Virus record (IMG/VR): IMGVR_UViG_2757320666_000001
Span: 24,422 to 88,421 of that record
Reading direction: 5' to 3' (one strand)
Source: a virus
Lineage: Duplodnaviria > Caudoviricetes
Length of the DNA stretch: 64,000 nt
The first letter of the stretch is position 1; every line of letters starts with the position of its first letter. The position numbers were made by a program, and so were the translations under genes. Shown piece by piece: positions 56,426-64,000 of the stretch. The notes beneath the pieces are model-generated. The model was not told the DNA's origin. It saw nothing but the letters and a program-made list of their open reading frames with translations, and did no database searches.

Positions 56426-57076
56426 TTAAAGAACTTTTTGACCAGCTTCTTCTAATTCATTTTTGATTTCTGCTGTTAGATATACATCTAATGGTTCAGC
56501 AGTTCTTGTGTCCATATCTTGAATAGAGCTTACTTTGAAGCAAACTTGACGATATTGACATTTTCCATTTTCATCTAATACCAAACTTCCTGCATCAGGA
56601 TGATTATCTGGGTATCTTACAGCTTGTCTGTTACCAATAACATCCATTGTAGTCAAACCAGCAGTAATTGCATATTTTTGACTATCATTTAAGATTGGTT
56701 TGTTAGACAATACTCTGTAAAGAGTAGCATTTGGAAAACTTCTTAACTTTTCAGTTACACTTTCAATGGTAGAATCCATAGGTACATCAATCCAAGCAAC
56801 TCTTGTCTCAACATTTTCAAATGGTTCATTTTCTTTAAAGCCAAAGTCTTTGATACCAAAGATGTTATCTTGCATATCATTGCTTACAGACTTACTTGGG
56901 TAAAAACTCAAGGTTTTTACAGTCTGTTTAATTTCAGCAGATAAAGTGCCTTCTTTTTGCCAAGCACTTTTATATACTCTTGTAACTTCTAAACCTGCTT
57001 TTGAGGTTTCTTTTCTGATTCTTTCTTGTGCTTCTGCAACTGTAGAATCAACTGGTGTTTGAACTGTTGTGTTCAT
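56426..57076 (-). CDS. Hypothetical protein
   Basis: 216-aa ORF with an A-rich leader; no function recognised. Confidence 0.55.
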   Translation of the reverse strand: MNTTVQTPVDSTVAEAQERIRKETSKAGLEVTRVYKSAWQKEGTLSAEIKQTVKTLSFYPSKSVSNDMQDNIFGIKDFGFKENEPFENVETRVAWIDVPMDSTIESVTEKLRSFPNATLYRVLSNKPILNDSQKYAITAGLTTMDVIGNRQAVRYPDNHPDAGSLVLDENGKCQYRQVCFKVSSIQDMDTRTAEPLDVYLTAEIKNELEEAGQKVL

Positions 57077-57587
57077 AATGTAAAAAATTAAATGTTAAAA
57101 AATAAATGGAATAAATATATTAGAAGACAAAATGTCTTGAATATTACCAACAAGAAGATTTAGCATAATATGTTTTGTGCTATGCATCTACATATTTAAT
57201 AGGTTAGCTTTAACCTCGAACTTTATTTTAATTTACTGTTCTAATTTTGTGTAAAACTAAATCAATCTCAAACGGAGAATAACTATTGACTGGACTGACT
57301 TGGTATTGGGTTTCATCATGTATCTTGAAAAAAAATCAGATTACTTGCTCACAAGGATTGACAGGATTAAGTTATTCATTTGTTATATTATAAAAAAAGT
57401 TTAGATAGAAATTGTTTGTAGCCACATTATACTACCAACTGTGTATGTAGGGTTGCTCCCACTATGTCCAATTTCGCACTCTAAACTTTTAGATTTTAAG
57501 TCCATTGATATTCTCCCAGAATATCTCTTCTGCGATTTAGCAGTATGCTTTTAGGCAAGGAAGATTTTACATTTTTTGGACTGCCTG

Positions 57588-57999
57588 TGGAGGTGCTGGA
57601 AGTCGAATCCAGGTCTTAATTACTTCAAAAATACAATTTTATACAGCTTTATGTTATCAGTATTATTTTAATTCTCACAATAACTATAGAATACATCTCT
57701 TTCAATTCTTTATGTTAGAACAGGGTCAAACTGATTTCTCAATATGACGAATCCACCAGAGCATTTATTTATAAGGGTAACACACAAAACCCACGAATAG
57801 TTTAGGCAGCAACTGCAACATCTTCTCTAATCAAAGAGAAAGCCATATTCATATTTGCTTCAACTTGTGCGTTATCTTCTAAAGACACTACACTATTATT
57901 TGTGTTTCCAATTACTTGATTTCACCTTAGTTTTAAACAGTTATCTCTCTGTGCTGAATTGTATAATCTATAATAACTAATCAAAGCCAAATCACCCCC
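57588..57999 (-). ncRNA. ssrA: tmRNA (transfer-messenger RNA), 412 nt, CCA not fully encoded
   Basis: 5' GGGGGUG pairs with 3' CACCUCC-A giving a G3.U70 alanine determinant; T-arm CUGGA-UUCGACU-UCCAG; internal tag frame 57909-57802 ending VAVAA*. Confidence 0.9.
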
Positions 58000-58012
58000 T
58001 TTTTTTAAAATG

Positions 58013-58058
58013 AAAAATACTTATATAATAGAACCAAACTTATTATATAAGTATTTTT
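58013..58058. repeat. Perfect 18-bp inverted repeat immediately upstream of the tmRNA
   Basis: AAAAATACTTATATAATA-10 nt-TATTATATAAGTATTTTT; a TAAGTTTG (TAnnTTTG) on the minus strand at 58035-58042 lies across the loop. Confidence 0.7.
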
Positions 58059-58177
58059 GTTAGTAAGAAATATGCATCTTTCTTTACCCTGTAATATTTC
58101 AATGTTAATCCTGACACATTTCTCTGATTTCCTTGAATAATTACTAACTGTATATTGCTGAACTAATGATTGCTTAT

Positions 58178-58381
58178 TTAATGTCTATTCTCATCATTTG
58201 GAGTGTGGACATGGTATTTTAAAATCTTTTGACCTGCCTTGTGTACAGGTAGTTTCTCTATAAGATTCTCACTAATTCTGAATGAAGAAAGCAAAAGATT
58301 TATAAAATAAATTAGTAATATAATAAAAGCTGTAACATATTTAATAAACTGATACACTATTCCTAAAATAGAGGTTCTCAA
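58178..58381 (-). CDS. Small membrane protein (tentative)
   Basis: 67 aa with one hydrophobic segment. Confidence 0.35.
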   Translation of the reverse strand: MRTSILGIVYQFIKYVTAFIILLIYFINLLLSSFRISENLIEKLPVHKAGQKILKYHVHTPNDENRH

Positions 58382-59030
58382 TTAACTCCTTACCGAAATT
58401 CAAGGTATTTATTATCATTTACAATTTAAACATGAAGGACATCTGCTATATTTCATACAGTTGTATGTTTTTCCTGTGGTCATTTTCCTCATGTACTTTT
58501 ATTGCCCCACAGACCTGGACATTTTTCATTACTAATTTAAAAGATAAATTTCAAGTTTTTATTATACATTAATTAAGCTGTCCTACCAATTATAAACTAT
58601 AATTATGAATACAAGAAAATAATAATTGGTGCTATGTCAATGACCTGGAATATTATTGAGAGTTTCCAGAACTTTTTTCTCTCTACTTGAAATTTAATTT
58701 TTAGAAAAATGAATGAATCAAAACTTTAATTAAAGGATTACATGATTCATCCATTCTCTGTTAATAAACCCAACTCTATCAACAATGTTTTTTACATAGA
58801 TTCTAATTTAGCTAAATCTTTAGTTTAAAATATCTATTTGTTTTTTTCTGTCAGCTATAAGCATATTTCTCATTTATATTAGAATATTTGATTGTTCATC
58901 AACATCAAATTCTTGTTGTATAAGAAATATAACTTTTTCTGCTTGACTATATGTTTTTTCTTCTTTGGTTAGAGCAAAGAAGTTTCTAATTTTCTCAATC
59001 ATAAGATTAATTTTTAAAAAGTTATGAAAA

Positions 59031-59056
59031 TAAAGTCCAAAATTAATTGGACTTTA
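59031..59056 (-). terminator. Putative intrinsic terminator
   Basis: TAAAGTCCAA / TTGGACTTTA stem right after the 56-aa ORF. Confidence 0.55.
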
Positions 59057-59070
59057 AATCATTTGATGTT

Positions 59071-59241
59071 TTAGTAGTGGAGACTCGCTCTTACACCAAT
59101 TACATTTTGAGAGATTATTCTATTAGTTAAACCATTTTTAATGTATTTAACTTCTACTTCTAATCTTTTTCCCATAATGTTTCTTATCTTATTAGAAGAA
59201 GCTACTAATCTTCCTACTAATATTCTGTTTCTCTTTGCCAT
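59071..59241 (-). CDS. 56-aa basic hypothetical protein (not in the ORF track)
   Basis: MAKRNRILVGRLVASSNKIRNIMGKRLEVEVKYIKNGLTNRIISQNVIGVRASLHY*; sits between the 18-bp motif and a terminator. Confidence 0.55.
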   Translation of the reverse strand: MAKRNRILVGRLVASSNKIRNIMGKRLEVEVKYIKNGLTNRIISQNVIGVRASLHY

Positions 59242-59333
59242 TGTTAATAATTTTATGTGGGGTTAATATTCACTCACTCTAATGTCCTTGTACTACAATA
59301 CTCTTAAAAGAGAAACTTTATTGTAATGCTACA

Positions 59334-59351
59334 AATAAGTGAGGGTTTTGA
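59334..59351 (-). promoter_or_regulatory. 18-bp repeated motif, copy 1 (candidate phage promoter)
   Basis: TCAAAACCCTCACTTATT on minus; identical at 63432-63449 and 63949-63966. Confidence 0.6.
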
Positions 59352-59369
59352 ATTGAGGTTATATAACAA

Positions 59370-59400
59370 AAAAACATAAAGTAAAATACCTTATGTTTTT
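59370..59400 (-). terminator. Putative intrinsic terminator
   Basis: AAAAACATAA...TTATGTTTTT stem after the 59406 ORF, immediately before motif copy 1. Confidence 0.5.
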
Positions 59401-59405
59401 TATAG

Positions 59406-59789
59406 TTAAGCAGATAATTTTTCTATGATAAACATAGCAAATTCATCTTGTAGTTTTCTTGCTGTTTTTTCATCAAGTTTTAATCCTCCTGTACCTGTAA
59501 GATGACCCCAACCTCTAATCATTATGAAAGGTTTACTTACATTATTAATAATAATATTAATAACACAATTCTTATATTCATAATCAAATTTAGTTTTGGT
59601 TTTAAAAATACCTTCTGTATCATTGAGAATCTTTAAAATTGTATTTTCATCTTCTTCTGATACTTTAAAAGAATTTTTATCTAACCATTTCTCCATAAAA
59701 TCAAAAGCCATATTATTATCAGTAGTAAGTATTTTTCCTCCAAACATATCATTTGTTAATGGAAATTTATAGACATCTTTAAAAGTCAT
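59406..59789 (-). CDS. Hypothetical protein, paralog of 61963-62313
   Basis: Start re-assigned to MTFKDVY; shares the AF(D/E)F...FIMIRGW.xL...A..(L/I)Q......E(K/R)LS pattern with the paralog. Confidence 0.6.
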   Translation of the reverse strand: MTFKDVYKFPLTNDMFGGKILTTDNNMAFDFMEKWLDKNSFKVSEEDENTILKILNDTEGIFKTKTKFDYEYKNCVINIIINNVSKPFIMIRGWGHLTGTGGLKLDEKTARKLQDEFAMFIIEKLSA

Positions 59790-59805
59790 AAGAAAAAAAT
59801 TTAGA

Positions 59806-60312
59806 TTAAAAATTCCACACACCTTTTGTTATAACATAGGTGTTTGCTGCTGTATTATATAATAATGTAGCTTCATAAATAGTATCAGTACAAATATATA
59901 ATTCAAATGTTTGAGTATGAGTTTTATTTAAAACTATTTCTCCAGTTTCTACATTAATTATTTTAATAGTTACATATTGAACAGCAATACCTTTACCTGA
60001 ATTAGCATTATTATTATTGAATGCTGGTAATTTAATTTTAACTCCAATATTAGTACCACTTAATACCTTTTCATAATCAATTTGAGATGGATTACTTCCT
60101 GTATTAGTAAATGTTTCTGTACTATTGTCAGATATAAATTGAGTATCAACAATGTAAGGAGATGTAATAGTATTACAATTGTTAGTTGTAATACTTGCTG
60201 AAACAATTACTTTGAATTGATTTTCAGAGGATAATCTTGCAGCTTCATCTGTTGAACAAGAAAAGATTACTAAACTTAATAAAGTTAGTAATAAAAATTT
60301 AAAATTTTTCAT
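59806..60312 (-). CDS. Phage lipoprotein
   Basis: MKNFKFLLLTLLSLVIFS|CSTDE signal peptide II and lipobox; beta-rich mature part. Confidence 0.75.
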   Translation of the reverse strand: MKNFKFLLLTLLSLVIFSCSTDEAARLSSENQFKVIVSASITTNNCNTITSPYIVDTQFISDNSTETFTNTGSNPSQIDYEKVLSGTNIGVKIKLPAFNNNNANSGKGIAVQYVTIKIINVETGEIVLNKTHTQTFELYICTDTIYEATLLYNTAANTYVITKGVWNF

Positions 60313-60355
60313 TTGTTGTATTTTTAAGGTTTATATTTTTGATTTTTAAATATCT

Positions 60356-60568
60356 TTATTCTAATAGAATAAGGATATTTAATAATGAACATTCGTGATA
60401 TAATAGTACATCATTTATGTTTTTTGGTTCAATATTCTGTTCATCAAATTCTTCCATCATGGTTTCCCAAACTTGATGTTTTTTAAGAGTTCTTAATAAT
60501 TCAGAATTTTTACCATGTATGACATCAATAATGTCATCATCACTATATATTACTACAGTTTCAAACAT
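60356..60568 (-). CDS. Hypothetical protein
   Basis: 70-aa ORF. Confidence 0.45.
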   Translation of the reverse strand: MFETVVIYSDDDIIDVIHGKNSELLRTLKKHQVWETMMEEFDEQNIEPKNINDVLLYHECSLLNILILLE

Positions 60569-60596
60569 ATTGTATAAAATTGTTAATTACCAGCAA

Positions 60597-60989
60597 CTAA
60601 AGAAGGTATGGGATTAATTTAAGTGCTTCTTGAAGTCCAATTTCTAATACTTCCTCATATTTTCCTGAAACAGGAGGATTGTGTGAAGCTATATTATTAA
60701 GCCATGTATTTTCATCACAGGTAAAACAATAAACATTGATATTGTGAACTTCTCGAAGCCATTTTTGCAATTGACTTTGAGTAGGTGCTGATACATATTG
60801 TCTATACTTATCTTGAAAACAAGAATGATTCCAATTTGATACTCCACCAAATCTTCTTTCTCCCTGATTTAATATTGTACCCATTTCAGGATATTCCCAA
60901 TTAATAAATTGATATTTATCTTGAGTAGGTATATTAAATCCTTTTTCTTGAGCTAATTTAGCAGTAGTATAATTTACTAATTCTTCCAT
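60597..60989 (-). CDS. Hypothetical phage protein
   Basis: 130 aa; TAKLAQEKGF...APTQSQLQKWLREVHNI. Confidence 0.55.
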   Translation of the reverse strand: MEELVNYTTAKLAQEKGFNIPTQDKYQFINWEYPEMGTILNQGERRFGGVSNWNHSCFQDKYRQYVSAPTQSQLQKWLREVHNINVYCFTCDENTWLNNIASHNPPVSGKYEEVLEIGLQEALKLIPYLL

Positions 60990-61088
60990 TTTAAAAAGTT
61001 GTTAATAAGTATTTTTAAATCTATATAAAAACACTTGATTGTTAATTTTATTTCTTATAACTTGCATAATATTAAAATTAAAAGATTT

Positions 61089-61802
61089 ATGCAAGTAGTT
61101 GGTATTTACAAAATAGAAAATATTATAAATAATAAATTCTATATAGGTAGTTCATTAGATATAGGTTATAGATTTAAAGCACATATCAGAGCATTAAAAC
61201 ATAATATACATAAGAATAAACATTTGCAAAATGCTGTTAATAAATATGGTATTACCAATTTTACTTTTACCATAATAGAAGAATGTAATAATACAGAACT
61301 CATGGTTAGAGAACAATATTATATTGATAAATATGATATAAATTCACTATATAATAAAACTAAAATAGCTTATGGTGGTGGTTCTGACAAAGTAGAAATT
61401 CCTTTAGTTCTTTTAGATTTAAAAGGTAATATAATCAATGAATATAAAAGTGGTAGTGAATTAGCAAGAGATTTGAAAATAAGTTTAGCTCCTTATGCAA
61501 CTTTAAATACTAAAAGTATATTAAAGACAAAATATAGAGTGGTTTCAAAAAAGTTTTATCTTAATAATTTGCAAGAGATTTTAACATGGAAACAATATTC
61601 AAATGAAACAAAACATAAAAAGATTGTGAAGATGAATAGTCCTAAAATTTACAAGTATAAATTGATAAAAGATAATGAAATATTATATTTTGATTATTTA
61701 AAAGATATAGGTACTATTTTATCTATCAGCACAGAAAGAGTAAGACAATTGATAAATAATACACATAAGAAAACAGGTTATAAAATATTAATAAATATTT
61801 AA
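61089..61802 (+). CDS. Free-standing GIY-YIG homing endonuclease, inverted relative to neighbours
   Basis: GIYKIENIINNKFYIGSS...R...H...E..REQYYI...YN; start re-assigned to MQVVGIY. Confidence 0.88.
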   Translation: MQVVGIYKIENIINNKFYIGSSLDIGYRFKAHIRALKHNIHKNKHLQNAVNKYGITNFTFTIIEECNNTELMVREQYYIDKYDINSLYNKTKIAYGGGSDKVEIPLVLLDLKGNIINEYKSGSELARDLKISLAPYATLNTKSILKTKYRVVSKKFYLNNLQEILTWKQYSNETKHKKIVKMNSPKIYKYKLIKDNEILYFDYLKDIGTILSISTERVRQLINNTHKKTGYKILINI

Positions 61803-61962
61803 CATTAAATATAACCATAATGTCAAAAAAAAAGACTAACTTTGCTCACGAAGTTCTTCTTCGCTGCCATGCAGACAAGAAACAAAACTTCATCACTCTG
61901 TGAAAGACCTATAACTATGAAGTTTCTTTTTGTGTTACTTTTTCTTTGTGAATAGAAACATT

Positions 61963-62313
61963 TTAAGAACTTAATCTTTCTACTAACCAATTACCAAGAC
62001 TTTCTTGAATTTGTGATGCTTTTTCTCCAGAAAATTCATAATTTGAAGTCAAATTACTCCAACCTCTAATCATTATAAATCTTTCTCCATGATTTCTTGT
62101 AATAATAGAAGTTGATGGATAATAATTTATAGGATTATAATCAGGAATTTCTTCTGTATCTTTATTTATAGCATTTAATCTATATAATATTTTACCTTGT
62201 TCTTCTCTTGATACATTTATAAATTCAAAAGCAACATTTTTCTTCATATCATATACTTTTGAATCATAATCCAAAGTATGAAATGGTCTTACATAAAATT
62301 CTGGTTCATTCAT
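61963..62313 (-). CDS. Hypothetical protein, paralog of 59406-59789
   Basis: FIMIRGWSNLT...ERLSS. Confidence 0.6.
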   Translation of the reverse strand: MNEPEFYVRPFHTLDYDSKVYDMKKNVAFEFINVSREEQGKILYRLNAINKDTEEIPDYNPINYYPSTSIITRNHGERFIMIRGWSNLTSNYEFSGEKASQIQESLGNWLVERLSS

Positions 62314-62440
62314 AATAATGAAGATTTTTAAAGTTATTCAATAGCAGTTGGAAGAGTAATTCTAATAGGTATATTACATTCTATTTATCACTCTTCTTTT
62401 CTACTATCACTCCAAGAGTTAATTAAGCCACTCTATAAAG

Positions 62441-62758
62441 CTATTTTACAATTATATTATAATCTCTTGCCATTATTTTGATAACATTTTTAATGTTTAA
62501 TGCAGAGATATAAATACAATGTGGTTTTTTAGTAATTTTCTTTTGAGCAACAATATTACCTTTCATAGCATCTTCAAATTTTACTGCTGGTAATTCATCA
62601 AAAATAGCTTTTTCAATAGTTTGCTTCTCTAAATTTACTTCAAATAGAGTATGATTCTTTTGAGGTCTCATTTTTCCCTCTAATACAGTTTGAATTTCCT
62701 GAACTTGTTGTTTAGTAATTTCAATCTTATCTGGCTTTTTTTCTTCTAATTCTTTCAT
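62441..62758 (-). CDS. Hypothetical protein
   Basis: 105-aa ORF. Confidence 0.55.
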   Translation of the reverse strand: MKELEEKKPDKIEITKQQVQEIQTVLEGKMRPQKNHTLFEVNLEKQTIEKAIFDELPAVKFEDAMKGNIVAQKKITKKPHCIYISALNIKNVIKIMARDYNIIVK

Positions 62759-62863
62759 GTTAGATGATTTTTGTTGGGTTAATAATAAAATAAAACAACC
62801 TAATCCTTATGGTTTGATTAGTTCAGAGATACCACAATATTACTCTTATTGTTTTATAGAATT

Positions 62864-63040
62864 TTACATTGATAATAATAAACAAATTGATGCTGTCCAA
62901 AACATAGCTATAAGTATTGTTATAGATATAGGATTGTAAGCAAGTTGATTATTTTTTAATGCATAAATGTATCTTGAAATATATGATATTGAAAAGAATA
63001 TAGCCAAGAATAATGTGATTGATAATAAGATTAGTTTCAT
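62864..63040 (-). CDS. 58-aa two-TM membrane microprotein (not in the ORF track)
   Basis: MKLILLSITLFLAIFFSISYISRYIYALKNNQLAYNPISITILIAMFWTASICLLLSM*. Confidence 0.5.
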   Translation of the reverse strand: MKLILLSITLFLAIFFSISYISRYIYALKNNQLAYNPISITILIAMFWTASICLLLSM

Positions 63041-63431
63041 AATGTTGGGTTATAATGATTAAAAAATTAATTTTGCTAAAGTTTTAGCTATTAAGATAAT
63101 TGTTGTGAAATACAGTGGAAATGAAAAGAGTTCAAAAGAGGTGTATGTTTGCTATGCCACGCTATCATTGACTTCTATGCAATACATATTACCATTTTCA
63201 AACTAATTTATAATCTTCTTTTCATCTTTCTATTCATTTTACTATGAAAGTTATATGGAACACAATTAAAACACATTTTAAATGCAAATTTACTCTGCGT
63301 ATTAGTCTCTTAAATAGAAAACAAACTCTTAATTATGATTTCAATATCATATTATGTTCATAAGAGTTTGTTTATTGTGCCTTCTTATAGTGCCATACAA
63401 CACCTATTACATTATTATATGTAACTCTTAT

Positions 63432-63449
63432 AATAAGTGAGGGTTTTGA
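63432..63449 (-). promoter_or_regulatory. 18-bp repeated motif, copy 2
   Basis: Exact match TCAAAACCCTCACTTATT (minus). Confidence 0.6.
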
Positions 63450-63581
63450 AACAGTATAAATGATAAAAAAAAGAAAGTATCAAACAGTATTAATTTAAGT
63501 TTATACATATTTATAGTGTATGAATGTTAATATTAATTTGAACTTGAAAACGGAACACAGTTTAAGGGAGAAAAAAAAGCA

Positions 63582-63619
63582 ACTGCATACTCACTCCCTA
63601 TTGGAAGCAAGTATGCAGT
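63582..63619 (-). terminator. Intrinsic terminator
   Basis: ACTGCATACT...AGTATGCAGT stem followed by an 8-T run on minus, just after the 87-aa ORF. Confidence 0.65.
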
Positions 63620-63625
63620 AAACTA

Positions 63626-63889
63626 CTATAATGTGAATACCACATTATCAGCAGATGCTTTGATGTTTGTTAAACAAGCATTGTCAAAATCATCTCCATC
63701 TACAAGGACTTTCATTTCTTTTGAACCATCAATGTCTTGCTGACATTTGTAATTGGTAGAACCAATGCTCAAAAACAATTTTCCTGTATTAGGATTTTTA
63801 ACAACTTGTGCTTTTTCAGATGATAAAGCAACTCTTTCTTTAAATTCAGCAATTGTGTAGAATTTAATGTTTGTGTTTGTTGTACTCAT
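63626..63889 (-). CDS. Hypothetical early protein
   Basis: 87 aa FYTIAEFKERV...VKNPNTGKLF; flanked by motif copy 3 and a terminator. Confidence 0.6.
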   Translation of the reverse strand: MSTTNTNIKFYTIAEFKERVALSSEKAQVVKNPNTGKLFLSIGSTNYKCQQDIDGSKEMKVLVDGDDFDNACLTNIKASADNVVFTL

Positions 63890-63948
63890 AATGTTGGGTA
63901 AGTATTATAATCCACTCCTGGCTTTAAAATGTTAGCAATATCGCTATA

Positions 63949-63966
63949 AATAAGTGAGGGTTTTGA
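63949..63966 (-). promoter_or_regulatory. 18-bp repeated motif, copy 3
   Basis: Exact match, about 60 nt upstream of the 63889 ATG. Confidence 0.6.
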
Positions 63967-64000
63967 GAGATTGTATTATGCTCTCATTGCTGATGATTAA

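Noticed and set aside
57560-57630. A tRNA gene at the TTCGAC T-loop
   Set aside because: There is no anticodon arm; the acceptor partner lies about 400 nt away, so it is the tmRNA 3' end.
61826-61945. Hairpin AAACTTCAT...ATGAAGTTT as a ribozyme or riboswitch
   Set aside because: No hammerhead, twister or riboswitch core could be identified; it is more simply a terminator region between convergent genes.
28285-62939. Plus-strand short ORFs within the minus-strand block (28285, 36126, 38188, 40606, 42959, 47049, 48543, 50698, 51849, 55797, 62757) and the nested minus-strand alternate-frame ORF 34402
   Set aside because: They are antisense to, or nested in, well-supported genes or the intron.
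59334-63966. CRISPR array or a true T3-type promoter from the 18-bp repeats
   Set aside because: Spacing is irregular (about 4.1 kb and 0.5 kb) with genes in between, and no T7-like RNAP is in the window. The T3 similarity covers only 10 nt.
1-64000. Stop-codon reassignment (TAG or TGA), known in some crAss-like phages
   Set aside because: Very long ORFs, including 4287 aa and PolB, are intact in the standard code, and TGA and TAA are used as real stops in tight ATGA/TAATG overlaps.

Overview
This 64 kb AT-rich window is part of a large Bacteroidetes (probably Flavobacteriaceae) phage genome of the crAss-like type (Crassvirales or a close relative). It reads in the standard genetic code. The left 27.2 kb (+ strand) holds virion genes. 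These are a 5'-truncated tail 'muzzle/stabilization'-like protein with an inserted VWA/MIDAS domain, and four cargo/ejection proteins including a 4287-aa virion RNA polymerase (RTP and DYDID motifs) with a C-terminal HExxH zincin motif. After a bidirectional terminator, the remaining ~37 kb (- strand) holds replication, nucleotide-metabolism and small early genes: MazG-like, GroES, ThyX, HNH, UvrD-like, HU, two PD-(D/E)xK nucleases, UDG, primase, SSB-like, AAA ATPase, DnaB-like, SF2 helicase, PolB, DUF3127 and a RecD/Dda-like helicase. Main hunt results: (1) an apparently complete phage-encoded ubiquitin-like conjugation cassette (Ubl precursor with an internal GG, E2-like, JAB/MPN protease, ThiF/E1, plus an unknown ORF) inside the replication module; (2) a fully foldable group IA2 intron with a GIY-YIG/NUMOD1 endonuclease splitting the RecD-like helicase, containing a copy of its own 3' exon start; (3) a phage tmRNA with an unusually long 35-codon tag; (4) a block-permuted AAA_24/Sak4-like ATPase with Walker B before Walker A; (5) an exact 18-bp motif repeated three times in the early region, a candidate phage promoter. 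All family calls come from motif reading, not database searches.
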